64,000 bases of DNA from assembly GCA_027078545.1 (NCBI GenBank), contig JALWXN010000004.1, positions 1,056,001 through 1,120,000 of the forward strand, given 5' to 3'. The notes under the pieces are model-generated. The model made no database searches, was not told the DNA's origin, and saw only the letters and a program-made list of their open reading frames with translations. Shown here one piece after another: positions 10,631 to 20,212 of the stretch (positions are counted from its first letter, which is position 1; every line of letters begins with the position of its first letter). Source of the stretch: Nitrososphaeria archaeon (GTDB lineage Archaea; Thermoproteota; Nitrososphaeria; Geothermarchaeales; JDFR-13). The translations under genes were made by a program, and so were the position numbers.

Positions 10631-11626
10631 ATGGAGCTCAGGCTATGTATAGTCGGCTTTGGAAACGTTGGCACGGGGCTGGCCAAGATCCTCCTCGAGA
10701 AAGGCTACAAGGTGATGGGTCGGGAGATAAGGGTCACCGCCATAGTGGACCCGGTGAAGGGGAGCGTTATCGACCAGGGTGGAGTAGACCTCGCCAAGGC
10801 CCTTAGACTGGTCAGGGAGAAGGGTAGGCTCGTGGGATATGGAGAGGGCTATCATGACGAGGTGGATACATTGGAGGTTATCAAGCAGGGATATCACGAC
10901 GTGGTTGTGGAGCTCACCCCAACCAATATAGAGACTGGGGAGCCGGGGTATAGCCATGTAAAGACGGCCCTAGAGACGGGGAAGCACGTCATAACCACCA
11001 ATAAGGGCCCCATAGCACTCAATCTATACGATCTACTCACACTGGCCAGTGAGAAGGGGCTATACCTAGGCTTCGAGGGCACCGTGATGAGTGGGACACC
11101 ACTGATAAAGACCCTCCTATACGGGATGGATAGAGGGCTTGTAAAGAGGGTGGAGGGAGTCCTCAACGGGACTACGAACTACATATTGACGAGGATGGAG
11201 GAGGGCCTGACATATAGCGAGGCCCTGGAGGAGGCGAGGGCCAAGGGCTATGCAGAGGCCGATCCAAGCATGGATATAGATGGCCACGACCTAGCAGCGA
11301 AGGCCTCGATACTGGCTAGCCTGATAGAGGGGAGGCAGGTAACCCCCAGGATGATCAGGAGGACGAGCCTAAGGACATACCTAGAGAAGGCTGGGTATAG
11401 GGTGGGAACCAAGTACGTCCTCTCTGTAGAGCCCGGCGACTACAGGGTAGAGCCCAGGGAGTATTCCGAGGATCATCCCCTAAGGATGCTCAGAGGAGTT
11501 GAGAACGGTGTCATCATAGAGACGGAGTACCTCGGAAGGATATTCCTCAGCGGCCCCGGGGCTGGTAGGGAGGAGACCGGCTACGCCGTATTGACAGACC
11601 TTATCGACCTTATACGCCGCCTCTAG
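10631..11626 (+). CDS. hom: Homoserine dehydrogenase
   Basis: GFGNVG Rossmann motif, TTNKGP, EGTVMSGTP, NGTTNYIL, GYAEADP, GPGAG. Confidence 0.92.
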   Translation: MELRLCIVGFGNVGTGLAKILLEKGYKVMGREIRVTAIVDPVKGSVIDQGGVDLAKALRLVREKGRLVGYGEGYHDEVDTLEVIKQGYHDVVVELTPTNIETGEPGYSHVKTALETGKHVITTNKGPIALNLYDLLTLASEKGLYLGFEGTVMSGTPLIKTLLYGMDRGLVKRVEGVLNGTTNYILTRMEEGLTYSEALEEARAKGYAEADPSMDIDGHDLAAKASILASLIEGRQVTPRMIRRTSLRTYLEKAGYRVGTKYVLSVEPGDYRVEPREYSEDHPLRMLRGVENGVIIETEYLGRIFLSGPGAGREETGYAVLTDLIDLIRRL

Positions 11627-12711
11627 GGGATTATCTCCACACTATTCGTGTAGGGTGGATACCTGATATCCCCGAGGCTCACTATACCCTCCCTCACAAG
11701 CTCCACGACCCGGGGCCTAACCCTCTCCAACTCATCTATAAGGTGGAAGACAGTCCTACAGACCTTGTGGAAACCATCCTCACCCCAGAACATCGTCTTA
11801 TTCGTGAATAGACACCTACCCCCACATAGGTCGAAGTAGCTACAGGACCTACAGGGCTCACCAACCACCGCCCTGCCCGGGAGGCTCTCCGGCGTGTCCC
11901 TATCGATATGCCCCACAACATTAAACCTAAACTCAGGGGCTATCGGGCAGGCCAGTATCCTACCATCAGTAGCTATGGCGAAGGCATCTATACCTGAGCC
12001 GCAGCGGAGATACCTCCTACGCTCACCAGTCAGCATACTCCACATCAGCCCCTTGAAGGGTGCTATCCCAAGAACATTACCATTCTCCATCTCCCTTATC
12101 CATAGCCTCACAAGCCTAGAGACACCCTCGTTATACCTCTCCAGCCAGGAGTCGAAGTCGCTATACCTCTGCATAGGGGGGTAGTCCCAGAGCACATCTA
12201 GCTGCCAATGTACATGGCTGAAGAGACCGTCGAGGAAGAGTAGATGGGTAACCTCCCTATAGATATCCGTCTTGGAGGAGACGGCCATACGGGCGACCAG
12301 GTCACCCCTAAACCCCACACTCCTAACATACCTAGCCCTCTCCAAGACCTTGTCATACACACCCCTTCCACGGTAATAGTCTGTAACCTCCCTACCCCCA
12401 TCGATGCTAAGGAGGATCGTGTCGAACCTCCGGATATAGTCGTCACCCAGCCTATGGAGCATGACACCATTGGTCTGGATAACATAGTGCTTAGCAGGTA
12501 CACGGTCCATAATGAGCCTAACCAGGTCACCCCTCATCGAGGGATCCCCACCATAGAAACATATCACCGCCTCAGGGTCGCGAGATATGAAGCGGCGTAT
12601 CCTCTCTACATCCACCTCGAGATGTATAGGCATGATCCTAGGGTTAGGCTCATTCATACAGTAGATACACTTCAATCCACAGACCTGGGTCAGTATAATG
12701 TAGTACAGCAT
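11623..12711 (-). CDS. Radical SAM/SPASM protein, AF0577 (TIGR04084-like) putative peptide-modifying family
   Basis: CGLKCIYC; SPASM cysteines CGSG...CP...CRSC...CGGRC...C; C-terminal NSVEIIP typical of the family as recalled. Confidence 0.85.
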   Translation of the reverse strand: MLYYIILTQVCGLKCIYCMNEPNPRIMPIHLEVDVERIRRFISRDPEAVICFYGGDPSMRGDLVRLIMDRVPAKHYVIQTNGVMLHRLGDDYIRRFDTILLSIDGGREVTDYYRGRGVYDKVLERARYVRSVGFRGDLVARMAVSSKTDIYREVTHLLFLDGLFSHVHWQLDVLWDYPPMQRYSDFDSWLERYNEGVSRLVRLWIREMENGNVLGIAPFKGLMWSMLTGERRRYLRCGSGIDAFAIATDGRILACPIAPEFRFNVVGHIDRDTPESLPGRAVVGEPCRSCSYFDLCGGRCLFTNKTMFWGEDGFHKVCRTVFHLIDELERVRPRVVELVREGIVSLGDIRYPPYTNSVEIIP

Positions 12712-12836
12712 TGATTACTAACTATCCACCAGAGGATTTAATAACTCTGGATAAGGTTTCGAACCGGCGGGGTAAATACATGTATTAACGGGGACGCCAA
12801 GGTTATTATACCAGGCAGAGTGGAAATATCCATATT

Positions 12837-13478
12837 ATGATTATAACCTTCGACTGCTACGGAACCCTGATAGACTGGCTCGGAGGAGCCAAGAAAGCCT
12901 TCCTAGAACTATACCCCGGCGAGGAGGAGAAGGTAGACAGCTTCATAAAATACTGGGGAGAGAAGGACTGGGAACTAGTTAGCAGCGGTGTATACAGGCC
13001 CTACAGAGAGATCCTGAGGATAGGCTTCAAATACGCCCTCGAGAAGCTAGGCCTAGAATATGATGAGGAGACCCTTGAGAGGCTGACCTACTCCATCTAC
13101 GACTGGAGACCCTTCCCAGACGTGCATGACCCACTCGCGAGGCTGGTGGAGAAGGGTGTCGAGCTAGGAATAATATCCAACACCGATAGAGACTTCATAA
13201 TGAAGAGTATAGAGCATATAGGCGTGGAGTTCCGCCACATAATAGTCGCAGAGGACATCAAGATCTACAAGCCAGACCCAAGAGTATTCATAGAGGCCCG
13301 TAAAAGACTCCCAAGCGACAGGTGGATCCACGTATCGGCATATCCACAGTACGACATATACCCAGCACTAGAGGCGGGGGTAGAGACCATACTCCTAGAC
13401 AGATACGGATACAGAGACCAGGTGGACCAGACAAAGGTCAGGGTGATAGAGAGGCTGGAGGAGCTCCTAAACCTGTAG
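12837..13478 (+). CDS. HAD-superfamily hydrolase (2-haloacid dehalogenase-like)
   Basis: FDCYGTLID motif I, ISN motif II, YKPDP motif III. Confidence 0.9.
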   Translation: MIITFDCYGTLIDWLGGAKKAFLELYPGEEEKVDSFIKYWGEKDWELVSSGVYRPYREILRIGFKYALEKLGLEYDEETLERLTYSIYDWRPFPDVHDPLARLVEKGVELGIISNTDRDFIMKSIEHIGVEFRHIIVAEDIKIYKPDPRVFIEARKRLPSDRWIHVSAYPQYDIYPALEAGVETILLDRYGYRDQVDQTKVRVIERLEELLNL

Positions 13479-13782
13479 AGACTACCTATCCCCTAAATAT
13501 CCCACGGCATATCACTGAAGGACAAATCCCTACCTTACGACAGAGGAAGACTAGAAGACTCATAGGAAACAATACTGAAACCAGGCGTAATATCGTCTCA
13601 ACACACCAACGAAAAATATAAATTCTAGATAAGCTCCCAACCACTTCTCAAAGGCATACTTACCGCTATCCAATGACTGAGGAGTGTGGCTAGGCTATTG
13701 CTCCAGTCCAGATCCAATGTAGATAAAAACCAAAATCTATACTCATCTGTAGACTGTAGCACGAGGATTTTAGTTAAATATA

Positions 13783-14730
13783 ATGGGACTATATCTAGTT
13801 CATGGGATGACTTCTGGCGTGGGCCTAGTCAGGACTGAGAAGCTGAACAAGTACTTCGGCAGGGTACACGCCTTGAGGGACGTCACCCTAACGATTGGGG
13901 GTGGCATAACAGGTGTAATAGGCCCCAACGGCGCTGGGAAGACAACGTTGATGAACATTGTGGTTGGCCTAGTCAAGCCCAGCAGCGGAGAGGTGGAGGT
14001 CTTCGGCATGGATCCATGGAGCGAGGGGAGTAGAGTTAGGGATAGGCTGGGCCTACTACTTGAGGATATGGAGCTCCCTAGACGGTTTACTGGTAGAAGG
14101 TTCATAAAGTTCCTCTCAGACCTCTACGGGGTATCGATGGATAGCCTCATGGATATGGTTAGATACTTCGAGATGGAGTATGCATTGGATAGGGAGATAT
14201 CAACATACTCCGCGGGCATGCTTAAGAGGATGGGCCTAATAAACGCCTTCGCAAACCCCGAGGCGGAACTCGTAATACTAGACGAGCCATCCGCAAACCT
14301 CGACATAGGCAGTAGACTGAAGGTGATGGACTATATTAAGCAGATAAGGAGTGAGAGGAACGTGGTGATAGCGTCCCACATACTCCCAGAGCTCGAGGAG
14401 GTGTGTGACTGGGTGATACTGATAAACAGGGGGCGCGTAGTGGAGTCGAAGAGGCTAGCCCACTACTACGAGACTATGAAGCCGTATAGATACGTCGTGA
14501 CATCCAACAACAGTGAGGCCCTCTACAGACTGCTTGAGGGGATAGATACGATAGATAACTACTGGGTGGAGGGGAGCAGAATAGTCCTCGAGACAGGGGA
14601 GCCAAACAAGACGCTCAGAAAACTGGTGGAGACCGCCGAACAGAACAGGATAGAGATATACGAGTTCAAACCAGTGGAGGACATACTCACAAGGATCTTC
14701 AGGGAGAAGATATACTCGGACCAGGCCTGA
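13783..14730 (+). CDS. ABC exporter ATP-binding subunit
   Basis: GPNGAGKTT, YSAGM signature, ILDEP, SH; exact start uncertain (13783-13819). Confidence 0.92.
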   Translation: MGLYLVHGMTSGVGLVRTEKLNKYFGRVHALRDVTLTIGGGITGVIGPNGAGKTTLMNIVVGLVKPSSGEVEVFGMDPWSEGSRVRDRLGLLLEDMELPRRFTGRRFIKFLSDLYGVSMDSLMDMVRYFEMEYALDREISTYSAGMLKRMGLINAFANPEAELVILDEPSANLDIGSRLKVMDYIKQIRSERNVVIASHILPELEEVCDWVILINRGRVVESKRLAHYYETMKPYRYVVTSNNSEALYRLLEGIDTIDNYWVEGSRIVLETGEPNKTLRKLVETAEQNRIEIYEFKPVEDILTRIFREKIYSDQA

Positions 14731-14738
14731 GGAGAGGG

Positions 14739-15653
14739 TCAGCCCCTAAGCCTCCTAACAATCCTCACCACGACATATATGAGAAGCATTATCAAAGCTA
14801 ATGGTAGCAGGCCAAATAGGAGGCCTAGCAAAGGGTTCACCAGACTCAGTGCTCTCTGTGTCCTGGTGAACATAAATAACAGCCCCTCAAAACTTAGAAT
14901 CGGCAACTCGCTGAGCGGCAGATTAGTATCTAGGAGAGACAGACCAACCCTAACGAATAAGTCGCGCTCGATAAGCTCCGGGAGGAAGGACATACATCTG
15001 TAGGCCACACCCGAGACAGCATCAAAACTACACGTGAACATTGGACTTAGGTCGATAGTTACATTGAGCTCTGGATACGACACTAAAACCTCCATAAATA
15101 TTGTGAATTCAAAGGCTCTATAATACCAATCCAAATGATTTATCGTACCCACATCGGAAACCTCAATATCGACTATACTCGCGTTGAACCTCTCCATATA
15201 TATCGCGTACTCACCCCGAGCAAGATCCTCAGCCTTGAAGATATCTACAAAGGTTAGGAAGGGCATCCTCCCCCAGGGAAGCACAATATAGTGGCCCCTC
15301 CTATCAACAGTGAAACGCCCAGCAAGAATATCAAGAACCTCCATATCTGGTGATAGACTCTCAATCTCATACCGGATAACCATGGAATCCACACCTATAT
15401 CCTCAACAACATAGGTAAGCCTGAACCTCCTATCAACCAGCCCCTCATTAACATCATACAAATCCTTCAAGACACCGGGGTACACAACATCTGTAGACAG
15501 AGGAATCACGTCACTTACAGTGAGGCTATATACTACATAGGAGTCTTCAGAGAGGTATGGCATAGCATCCGAGCCATTCTCTGCAAATACTGGAAGAGGT
15601 AATAGCAGAAGTAGAGCCGTAACAATTCCCAATAGACGGTTAAAGCGGTACAT
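14739..15653 (-). CDS. Secreted/surface protein with signal peptide and C-terminal membrane anchor
   Basis: Hydrophobic N-terminus ending VFA-E; C-terminal TM followed by RIVRRLRG. Confidence 0.75.
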   Translation of the reverse strand: MYRFNRLLGIVTALLLLLPLPVFAENGSDAMPYLSEDSYVVYSLTVSDVIPLSTDVVYPGVLKDLYDVNEGLVDRRFRLTYVVEDIGVDSMVIRYEIESLSPDMEVLDILAGRFTVDRRGHYIVLPWGRMPFLTFVDIFKAEDLARGEYAIYMERFNASIVDIEVSDVGTINHLDWYYRAFEFTIFMEVLVSYPELNVTIDLSPMFTCSFDAVSGVAYRCMSFLPELIERDLFVRVGLSLLDTNLPLSELPILSFEGLLFMFTRTQRALSLVNPLLGLLFGLLPLALIMLLIYVVVRIVRRLRG

Positions 15654-15837
15654 TACCCCACACTCCCCTCGATGTTAACAGATCCCTCCCATATCCGCAT
15701 ACCCCAGCCACATAACATTGGAGACTAGTGTTGAGAGGGCTCAGCACATAGGTGTTCCTATGTATAGCTCCTTCAACAGGTGATAGATGTATAGCCTGGG
15801 TCATGTTAGAATCCGTTAAGATATTATACAGACCCAT
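15640..15837 (-). CDS. Possible small protein (65 aa) upstream of the surface protein
   Basis: Overlaps the start of 14739..15653; TTATA at 15864-15868 is about 29 bp upstream of the ATG (leaderless spacing). No homology recognised. Confidence 0.35.
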   Translation of the reverse strand: MGLYNILTDSNMTQAIHLSPVEGAIHRNTYVLSPLNTSLQCYVAGVCGYGRDLLTSRGVWGNVPL

Positions 15838-16070
15838 AAAATTATGTGATGTTAGACTATGCCTATAAGTATTATGGCATCACATTTCAGTAGTGAAGGG
15901 TATTTGCTAAATGGGTGTACATCGTGTGGATAGGTGTGTGGAGCTCCTCATCTCCAAGATTAGATGGAGATGGTTCATTCCATGTAGAGGGTTATGTAGG
16001 GGTTGCTGAGGCCCTTGGACATAGTGTGAAGGCGATGTGGTGGAGACTGGTTCCTAAGGGGTGTCTATAG

Positions 16071-16919
16071 GTGAGGAGGGTATTAACATTATTGAAGTAC
16101 GAGTTGTTTAGCCAGAGTGTCTATCCCTACGCCTTCCTCGTAATGCTGATAGTCTTCGCGGCTACCTACTCCCCCGATTTCAATAAGGGTATAGGGCTTC
16201 TGAACCTCAGGGTGGTGGGTGGCGAACCCTCTGACCAGGTGCTGGAGAGGGCCATCCTATCCGGATACCTGATCAACCTGAAGACCTTCCATATAGACTT
16301 CTATGGTGGAGTATTCTCCCCCTGGGTGATCCTAGGCATCTCAGCCACCTATGCATTCTCCCTGTGTAGGGATCTGGGGAGGGAGAGGCTTAGATATATG
16401 TTATCCCTCCCAATCAGGAGGTCCGAGTATCTCCTGGCAAAGATAGTCGTCGTGACCACCCTAGTCCTGGTATCCTACTACCTATCCCTAGTAATGGTTT
16501 TGGGGCTCAGGTTCGGCTTCGGGGAGATGGCCTACACCTACCCCTTAGTCTTCGTTAGGGATGTAGCGATCGTCTCGAGCGCATCTATACTCGTCGCCGT
16601 GGCGACTAGGAACGACCTAGTCACAATATTCTCAGGAGTCATGGGTAAGTCGATCGTAGACTTCATATTCACCACCTACTTCGTTGGTGAGGAGGGCTAC
16701 GACCTCATACACAGTATAGAGCCCTACTACACAATGGGGATCATAGAGGTTGTTAGGAAGGTCGTCTCTGAACAGCCTACAATGATCTTCCTACTGGATC
16801 CCGAGTCTATAGACAGGGCGATAACCAACTCCAACCTCTACACCACCTATGTAATCCTGGCCTCACTCCTACTCATCGTCATAGCCCTAGCCATATTCAA
16901 CAGGAGGGAGGTGGACTAG
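16071..16919 (+). CDS. ABC-2 type exporter permease
   Basis: About 6 TM segments; LSLPIRRSEYLLAK motif; ends FNRREVD. Confidence 0.88.
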   Translation: MRRVLTLLKYELFSQSVYPYAFLVMLIVFAATYSPDFNKGIGLLNLRVVGGEPSDQVLERAILSGYLINLKTFHIDFYGGVFSPWVILGISATYAFSLCRDLGRERLRYMLSLPIRRSEYLLAKIVVVTTLVLVSYYLSLVMVLGLRFGFGEMAYTYPLVFVRDVAIVSSASILVAVATRNDLVTIFSGVMGKSIVDFIFTTYFVGEEGYDLIHSIEPYYTMGIIEVVRKVVSEQPTMIFLLDPESIDRAITNSNLYTTYVILASLLLIVIALAIFNRREVD

Positions 16920-17387
16920 ATGAGGATCCGTGACATAGGCCTACTGCTAGCCCTGGCGGCAATCACGATCCTGGTTACACATATAGTCATAGCAGAGCCC
17001 CCAAACCTGAAGAGGGAGTATATATTCGACCAGCCGCCCGCAAGGTCGTCACACATCCTGGTTATAGACGTCCCTGCAAGAGACATATTCATAGAGGTAA
17101 TACCTGAGGGCAGGGTAGAGCTGAGGATATTCTACACCGAGACTGGCGAGACTATAGTCGAGGAGGCCCTGGAAGACGTGGCACGCTACACGCTTAGGCC
17201 CGACAAGTCTACATACCTCTCCATAGAGATAGTTCTGGACAGGGATGAGAGGGCGGCCCTAACAGTCCTGATACATGGGTTGAGGCGCGACCTGATCAAC
17301 GCCTCGACCATATTGTTTATGGCTGGAGCCCTCCTCTACCTAGCCGCTAGACTGGCCTCCCGTAGATATGGCCTGGACTGGTTGTAG
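16920..17387 (+). CDS. Membrane protein (TM - beta-rich ectodomain - TM)
   Basis: Starts directly after the permease stop; hydrophobic segments at both ends. Confidence 0.75.
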   Translation: MRIRDIGLLLALAAITILVTHIVIAEPPNLKREYIFDQPPARSSHILVIDVPARDIFIEVIPEGRVELRIFYTETGETIVEEALEDVARYTLRPDKSTYLSIEIVLDRDERAALTVLIHGLRRDLINASTILFMAGALLYLAARLASRRYGLDWL

Positions 17388-17395
17388 CCCGGCTC

Positions 17396-18781
17396 CTAGA
17401 AGGCTTCTATAATCTTGATCCTCGGGATCTCCTCACTAAGGATCGGGGCTACATCCTTCAGGGCCTCGATAGTCTTCTCGATATCCTCCTCTGTATGCTG
17501 GACACTTATCGTCCACTGCTCATCATAGCCAGGTGCGGTGGCCACCACACCCCTATTCATCATGGCTATGAAGTAGGCCCACCACATCCCCACATGGTTA
17601 TACCTCAGGAAGTCATGCCAGTTCTTCACCTCGTTATCGGTGAAGAACACCGTTGCACTGTTCCCAAACACCTTTATGTTGTGGGGCACACCAGCATCGC
17701 TAAGGACGTCGTCATAGGCCTTGGCCAGCTCCTCATTCAGCCTGGCACTCCTCTCCATAGCCTCCCTCGTCAACGCCTCTGTAAGCGTTGCTATAGCCGC
17801 GTCAACAGCCAATGGGTTGGAGTTGAACGTCCCTGCATGGGGTATCTTACCAGGCCCAACCTCCTCCATAATCTCCTTCCTACCACCTATGATGGATAGT
17901 GGGTAGCCCCCTGCAACGGCCTTAGCCATAGTCTTCATATCGGGCCTGACACCATAGTACTCCTCCGCCCCACCGTAGAGCTTACCAGAGGTCTTGACCT
18001 CGTCGAAGATCAGGATCACCCCATACTCGTCGCAGAGCCTCCTAAGGCCCCACATAAACTCCTTATCCGCCGGTACAAGCCCGATGTTCATGGCGACGGG
18101 CTCAAGGATGACGGCTGCAACCTCGTCAGGATGCTCCGACAGGAGGATCTCCACACTCTCGAGGTCGTTGAACTGGGCCACCAAGGTATCCTCAACAGCC
18201 AGGTCTGGTATGCCTGGCCCGCTCTTAGGCCTGGCCGGATACTTGACATGCCCAGCCGCATATATGTTGGGCTTGGTACCCACCAGGACATAGTCGTGGC
18301 TACCGTGGTAGTGGCCTAGGAACTTTATGATCTTATCCCTACCAGTATAGCCACGGGCTATCCTGATCGCGTGGAGAGTGGCCTCGAGACCCGTGGACTG
18401 GAACCTAACCATCTCAACGTTGAACCTCCTACTCACGATCTCCGCCAATTCATAGACCCTCTCATACTCGAAGCCCAGGATCGTCCCGTTAACAATCCTC
18501 TCCTTGACAGCCTCTACCACGGCTGGATGGTTATGCCCAGCCACCAGTACGCCGAAGGCGAGGTTATAGTCTATATACTCGTTCCCATCGGCGTCGAATA
18601 CCCTGGAGCCCCTCCCACTGGAGAAGTATACTGGGTAGGGCTCCCAAGCCCTATAGTTACTGTTCACCCCGTAGGGGATCAGTGGAGCAGTCTTCTCAAA
18701 TATCTCCCTAGACCTCCTAGTCCTCCCCCTGAAGACCTCGAGCTCCTTCTGGACAGCCTCTGGGAGACCACTCATAGACAA
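17396..18781 (-). CDS. Class III PLP aminotransferase, glutamate-1-semialdehyde aminomutase-like
   Basis: GVNSNYR, DADGNEYIDY, YHGSHD, FDEVKT, AKAVAGG (PLP Lys), GTFNSNP. Confidence 0.88.
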   Translation of the reverse strand: MSMSGLPEAVQKELEVFRGRTRRSREIFEKTAPLIPYGVNSNYRAWEPYPVYFSSGRGSRVFDADGNEYIDYNLAFGVLVAGHNHPAVVEAVKERIVNGTILGFEYERVYELAEIVSRRFNVEMVRFQSTGLEATLHAIRIARGYTGRDKIIKFLGHYHGSHDYVLVGTKPNIYAAGHVKYPARPKSGPGIPDLAVEDTLVAQFNDLESVEILLSEHPDEVAAVILEPVAMNIGLVPADKEFMWGLRRLCDEYGVILIFDEVKTSGKLYGGAEEYYGVRPDMKTMAKAVAGGYPLSIIGGRKEIMEEVGPGKIPHAGTFNSNPLAVDAAIATLTEALTREAMERSARLNEELAKAYDDVLSDAGVPHNIKVFGNSATVFFTDNEVKNWHDFLRYNHVGMWWAYFIAMMNRGVVATAPGYDEQWTISVQHTEEDIEKTIEALKDVAPILSEEIPRIKIIEAF

Positions 18782-18831
18782 CGGTTTTGTGAGATAGGGC
18801 TAAATATATATAGGTTTAAACCTGGGAGGCC

Positions 18832-20082
18832 CTACTCCCTCATCACCTCCCTCTCAACCTCTACACCGGCCTCCCTGATAACCTTCTCAAAGAACATCCC
18901 GAGCCGCTTAACACCCTCCCTAATAGTGTCCGGCGTGGGTAGGCTGAAGCTTAGGCGGAGAGTATTCTTACCAGAACCATCGGCGTAGAAGCCCTCCCCA
19001 GGCACATAGGCAACCTTGACCTCCTCGATCGCCCTATAGAGAAGCTCCATAGCGTCGAGCCCCCTAGGCAGGTAGGTGAAGAAGAAGAACCCTGCGTCGG
19101 GCTCGACCCAGTCGATGGCGCGGGGCATATACTCCCTCATAGCCTCGGCCATAGCATCCCTCTTAACACTGTAGACCTCCCTGATCCTACCGATGTTAGA
19201 GTCGATCCACCTGTTACGTAGGAAGTACTCCACAACGAACTGGTTGAAGGGAGGTGCACAGAGGGTGGTGCCCTGCTTAGCCAGGACGACCCTCCTAACG
19301 ACCTCCTCCGACGCGGCCAGCCAGCCCAGCCTGAAGCCAGGGGCGAAGATCTTGCTGAAGGTCGATAGATAGATGACCCTATCCCCGCCGTCAAGGGTTA
19401 TTAGGCGGGGCGGAACCCTGTCATAGGTTATGAAGCCATAGGGATCATCCTCCACGATGTAGAAGTCATACCTCTCAGCCAGCTCCAAGAGGTGCTTCCT
19501 CCTATCAAGGGGTAACACACTCCCTAGAGGGTTGTGGCCAGTAGGTATGGTATAGACAAACTTGAGGTACCCCCCATCACTATAGAGACGGCGGAGCCTC
19601 TTCTCAAGGGCATGTACATCCATACCCTTCTTATCAGTCGGGACGGTTATGTAGCGGGGTCTCCAGATGTTAAACACCTGTAGAGCAGCTATATAGGTGG
19701 GGAGCTCCACAGCTACCCAGCTATTCCTATCGAGGAATAGCCTAGCTATAACGTCGAGGCTCTCCTGGCTCCCCACAGAGACAACTATATTCTCTGGCGA
19801 GAGCTTTACACTCATCATCCTAAGCATAAAAGCCGCTATCTGCTTCCTGAACGAGGGGAGTCCCTCCGTGGTACCATACTGGAAAGCCTTCTCATAATTG
19901 GTGAGGGCATACTCAACAGCCTCCTGGAAATTCTCGACCCTGGGGAAGGTCTTCGGATCAGGGGCCCCACCAGCGAAGCTGATAACGTCCTGCTGGAGGA
20001 AGCTGAGAAGCTCACGTATAATGTTCGACCTAAGCCCCAGCATCTGCTCCGAGAGGAATTTCTCATTCAAGTCGCGACTCAT
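18832..20082 (-). CDS. Class I PLP aminotransferase (aromatic amino acid/2-aminoadipate, ARO8/LysN family)
   Basis: FAGGAP, HNPLG, EDDPYG, STFSKIFAPGFRLG, LRLSFS. Confidence 0.92.
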   Translation of the reverse strand: MSRDLNEKFLSEQMLGLRSNIIRELLSFLQQDVISFAGGAPDPKTFPRVENFQEAVEYALTNYEKAFQYGTTEGLPSFRKQIAAFMLRMMSVKLSPENIVVSVGSQESLDVIARLFLDRNSWVAVELPTYIAALQVFNIWRPRYITVPTDKKGMDVHALEKRLRRLYSDGGYLKFVYTIPTGHNPLGSVLPLDRRKHLLELAERYDFYIVEDDPYGFITYDRVPPRLITLDGGDRVIYLSTFSKIFAPGFRLGWLAASEEVVRRVVLAKQGTTLCAPPFNQFVVEYFLRNRWIDSNIGRIREVYSVKRDAMAEAMREYMPRAIDWVEPDAGFFFFTYLPRGLDAMELLYRAIEEVKVAYVPGEGFYADGSGKNTLRLSFSLPTPDTIREGVKRLGMFFEKVIREAGVEVEREVMRE

Positions 20083-20146
20083 CTCACAAACTATATTTAA
20101 CCCATACCGAATTAAAGCGGCGTCCCAACAGTATATACTTAATATA

Positions 20147-20210
20147 GTGATGAGGATAGGTCTGACTGAGCCCCCTCGACAGGGGCGGTGATGACGCTTG
20201 GCTTCACTGA
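20147..20210 (+). ncRNA. Box C/D 2'-O-methylation guide sRNA
   Basis: Box C GTGATGA 20147-20153; 12-nt guide; D' CTGA 20166-20169; GC hairpin; C' GTGATGA 20188-20194; 12-nt guide; D CTGA 20207-20210. Intergenic. Confidence 0.88.
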
Positions 20211-20212
20211 TG

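Noticed and set aside
13479-13782. AT-rich 300-bp gap with short ORFs (a 52-aa minus-strand GTG ORF, and 13322..13621 on the plus strand)
   Set aside because: No SD or promoter support, no recognisable motif, atypical composition; no repeats or RNA boxes found.
15640-15651. Shared NVPL tetrapeptide in the two small ORFs (also near 62393-62404)
   Set aside because: Four residues only, in different positions and partly constrained by the overlapping start; likely chance.
17396-18781. Calling this gene hemL
   Set aside because: It is GSA-aminomutase-like but divergent, and no hem genes are adjacent; left as a family-level call.
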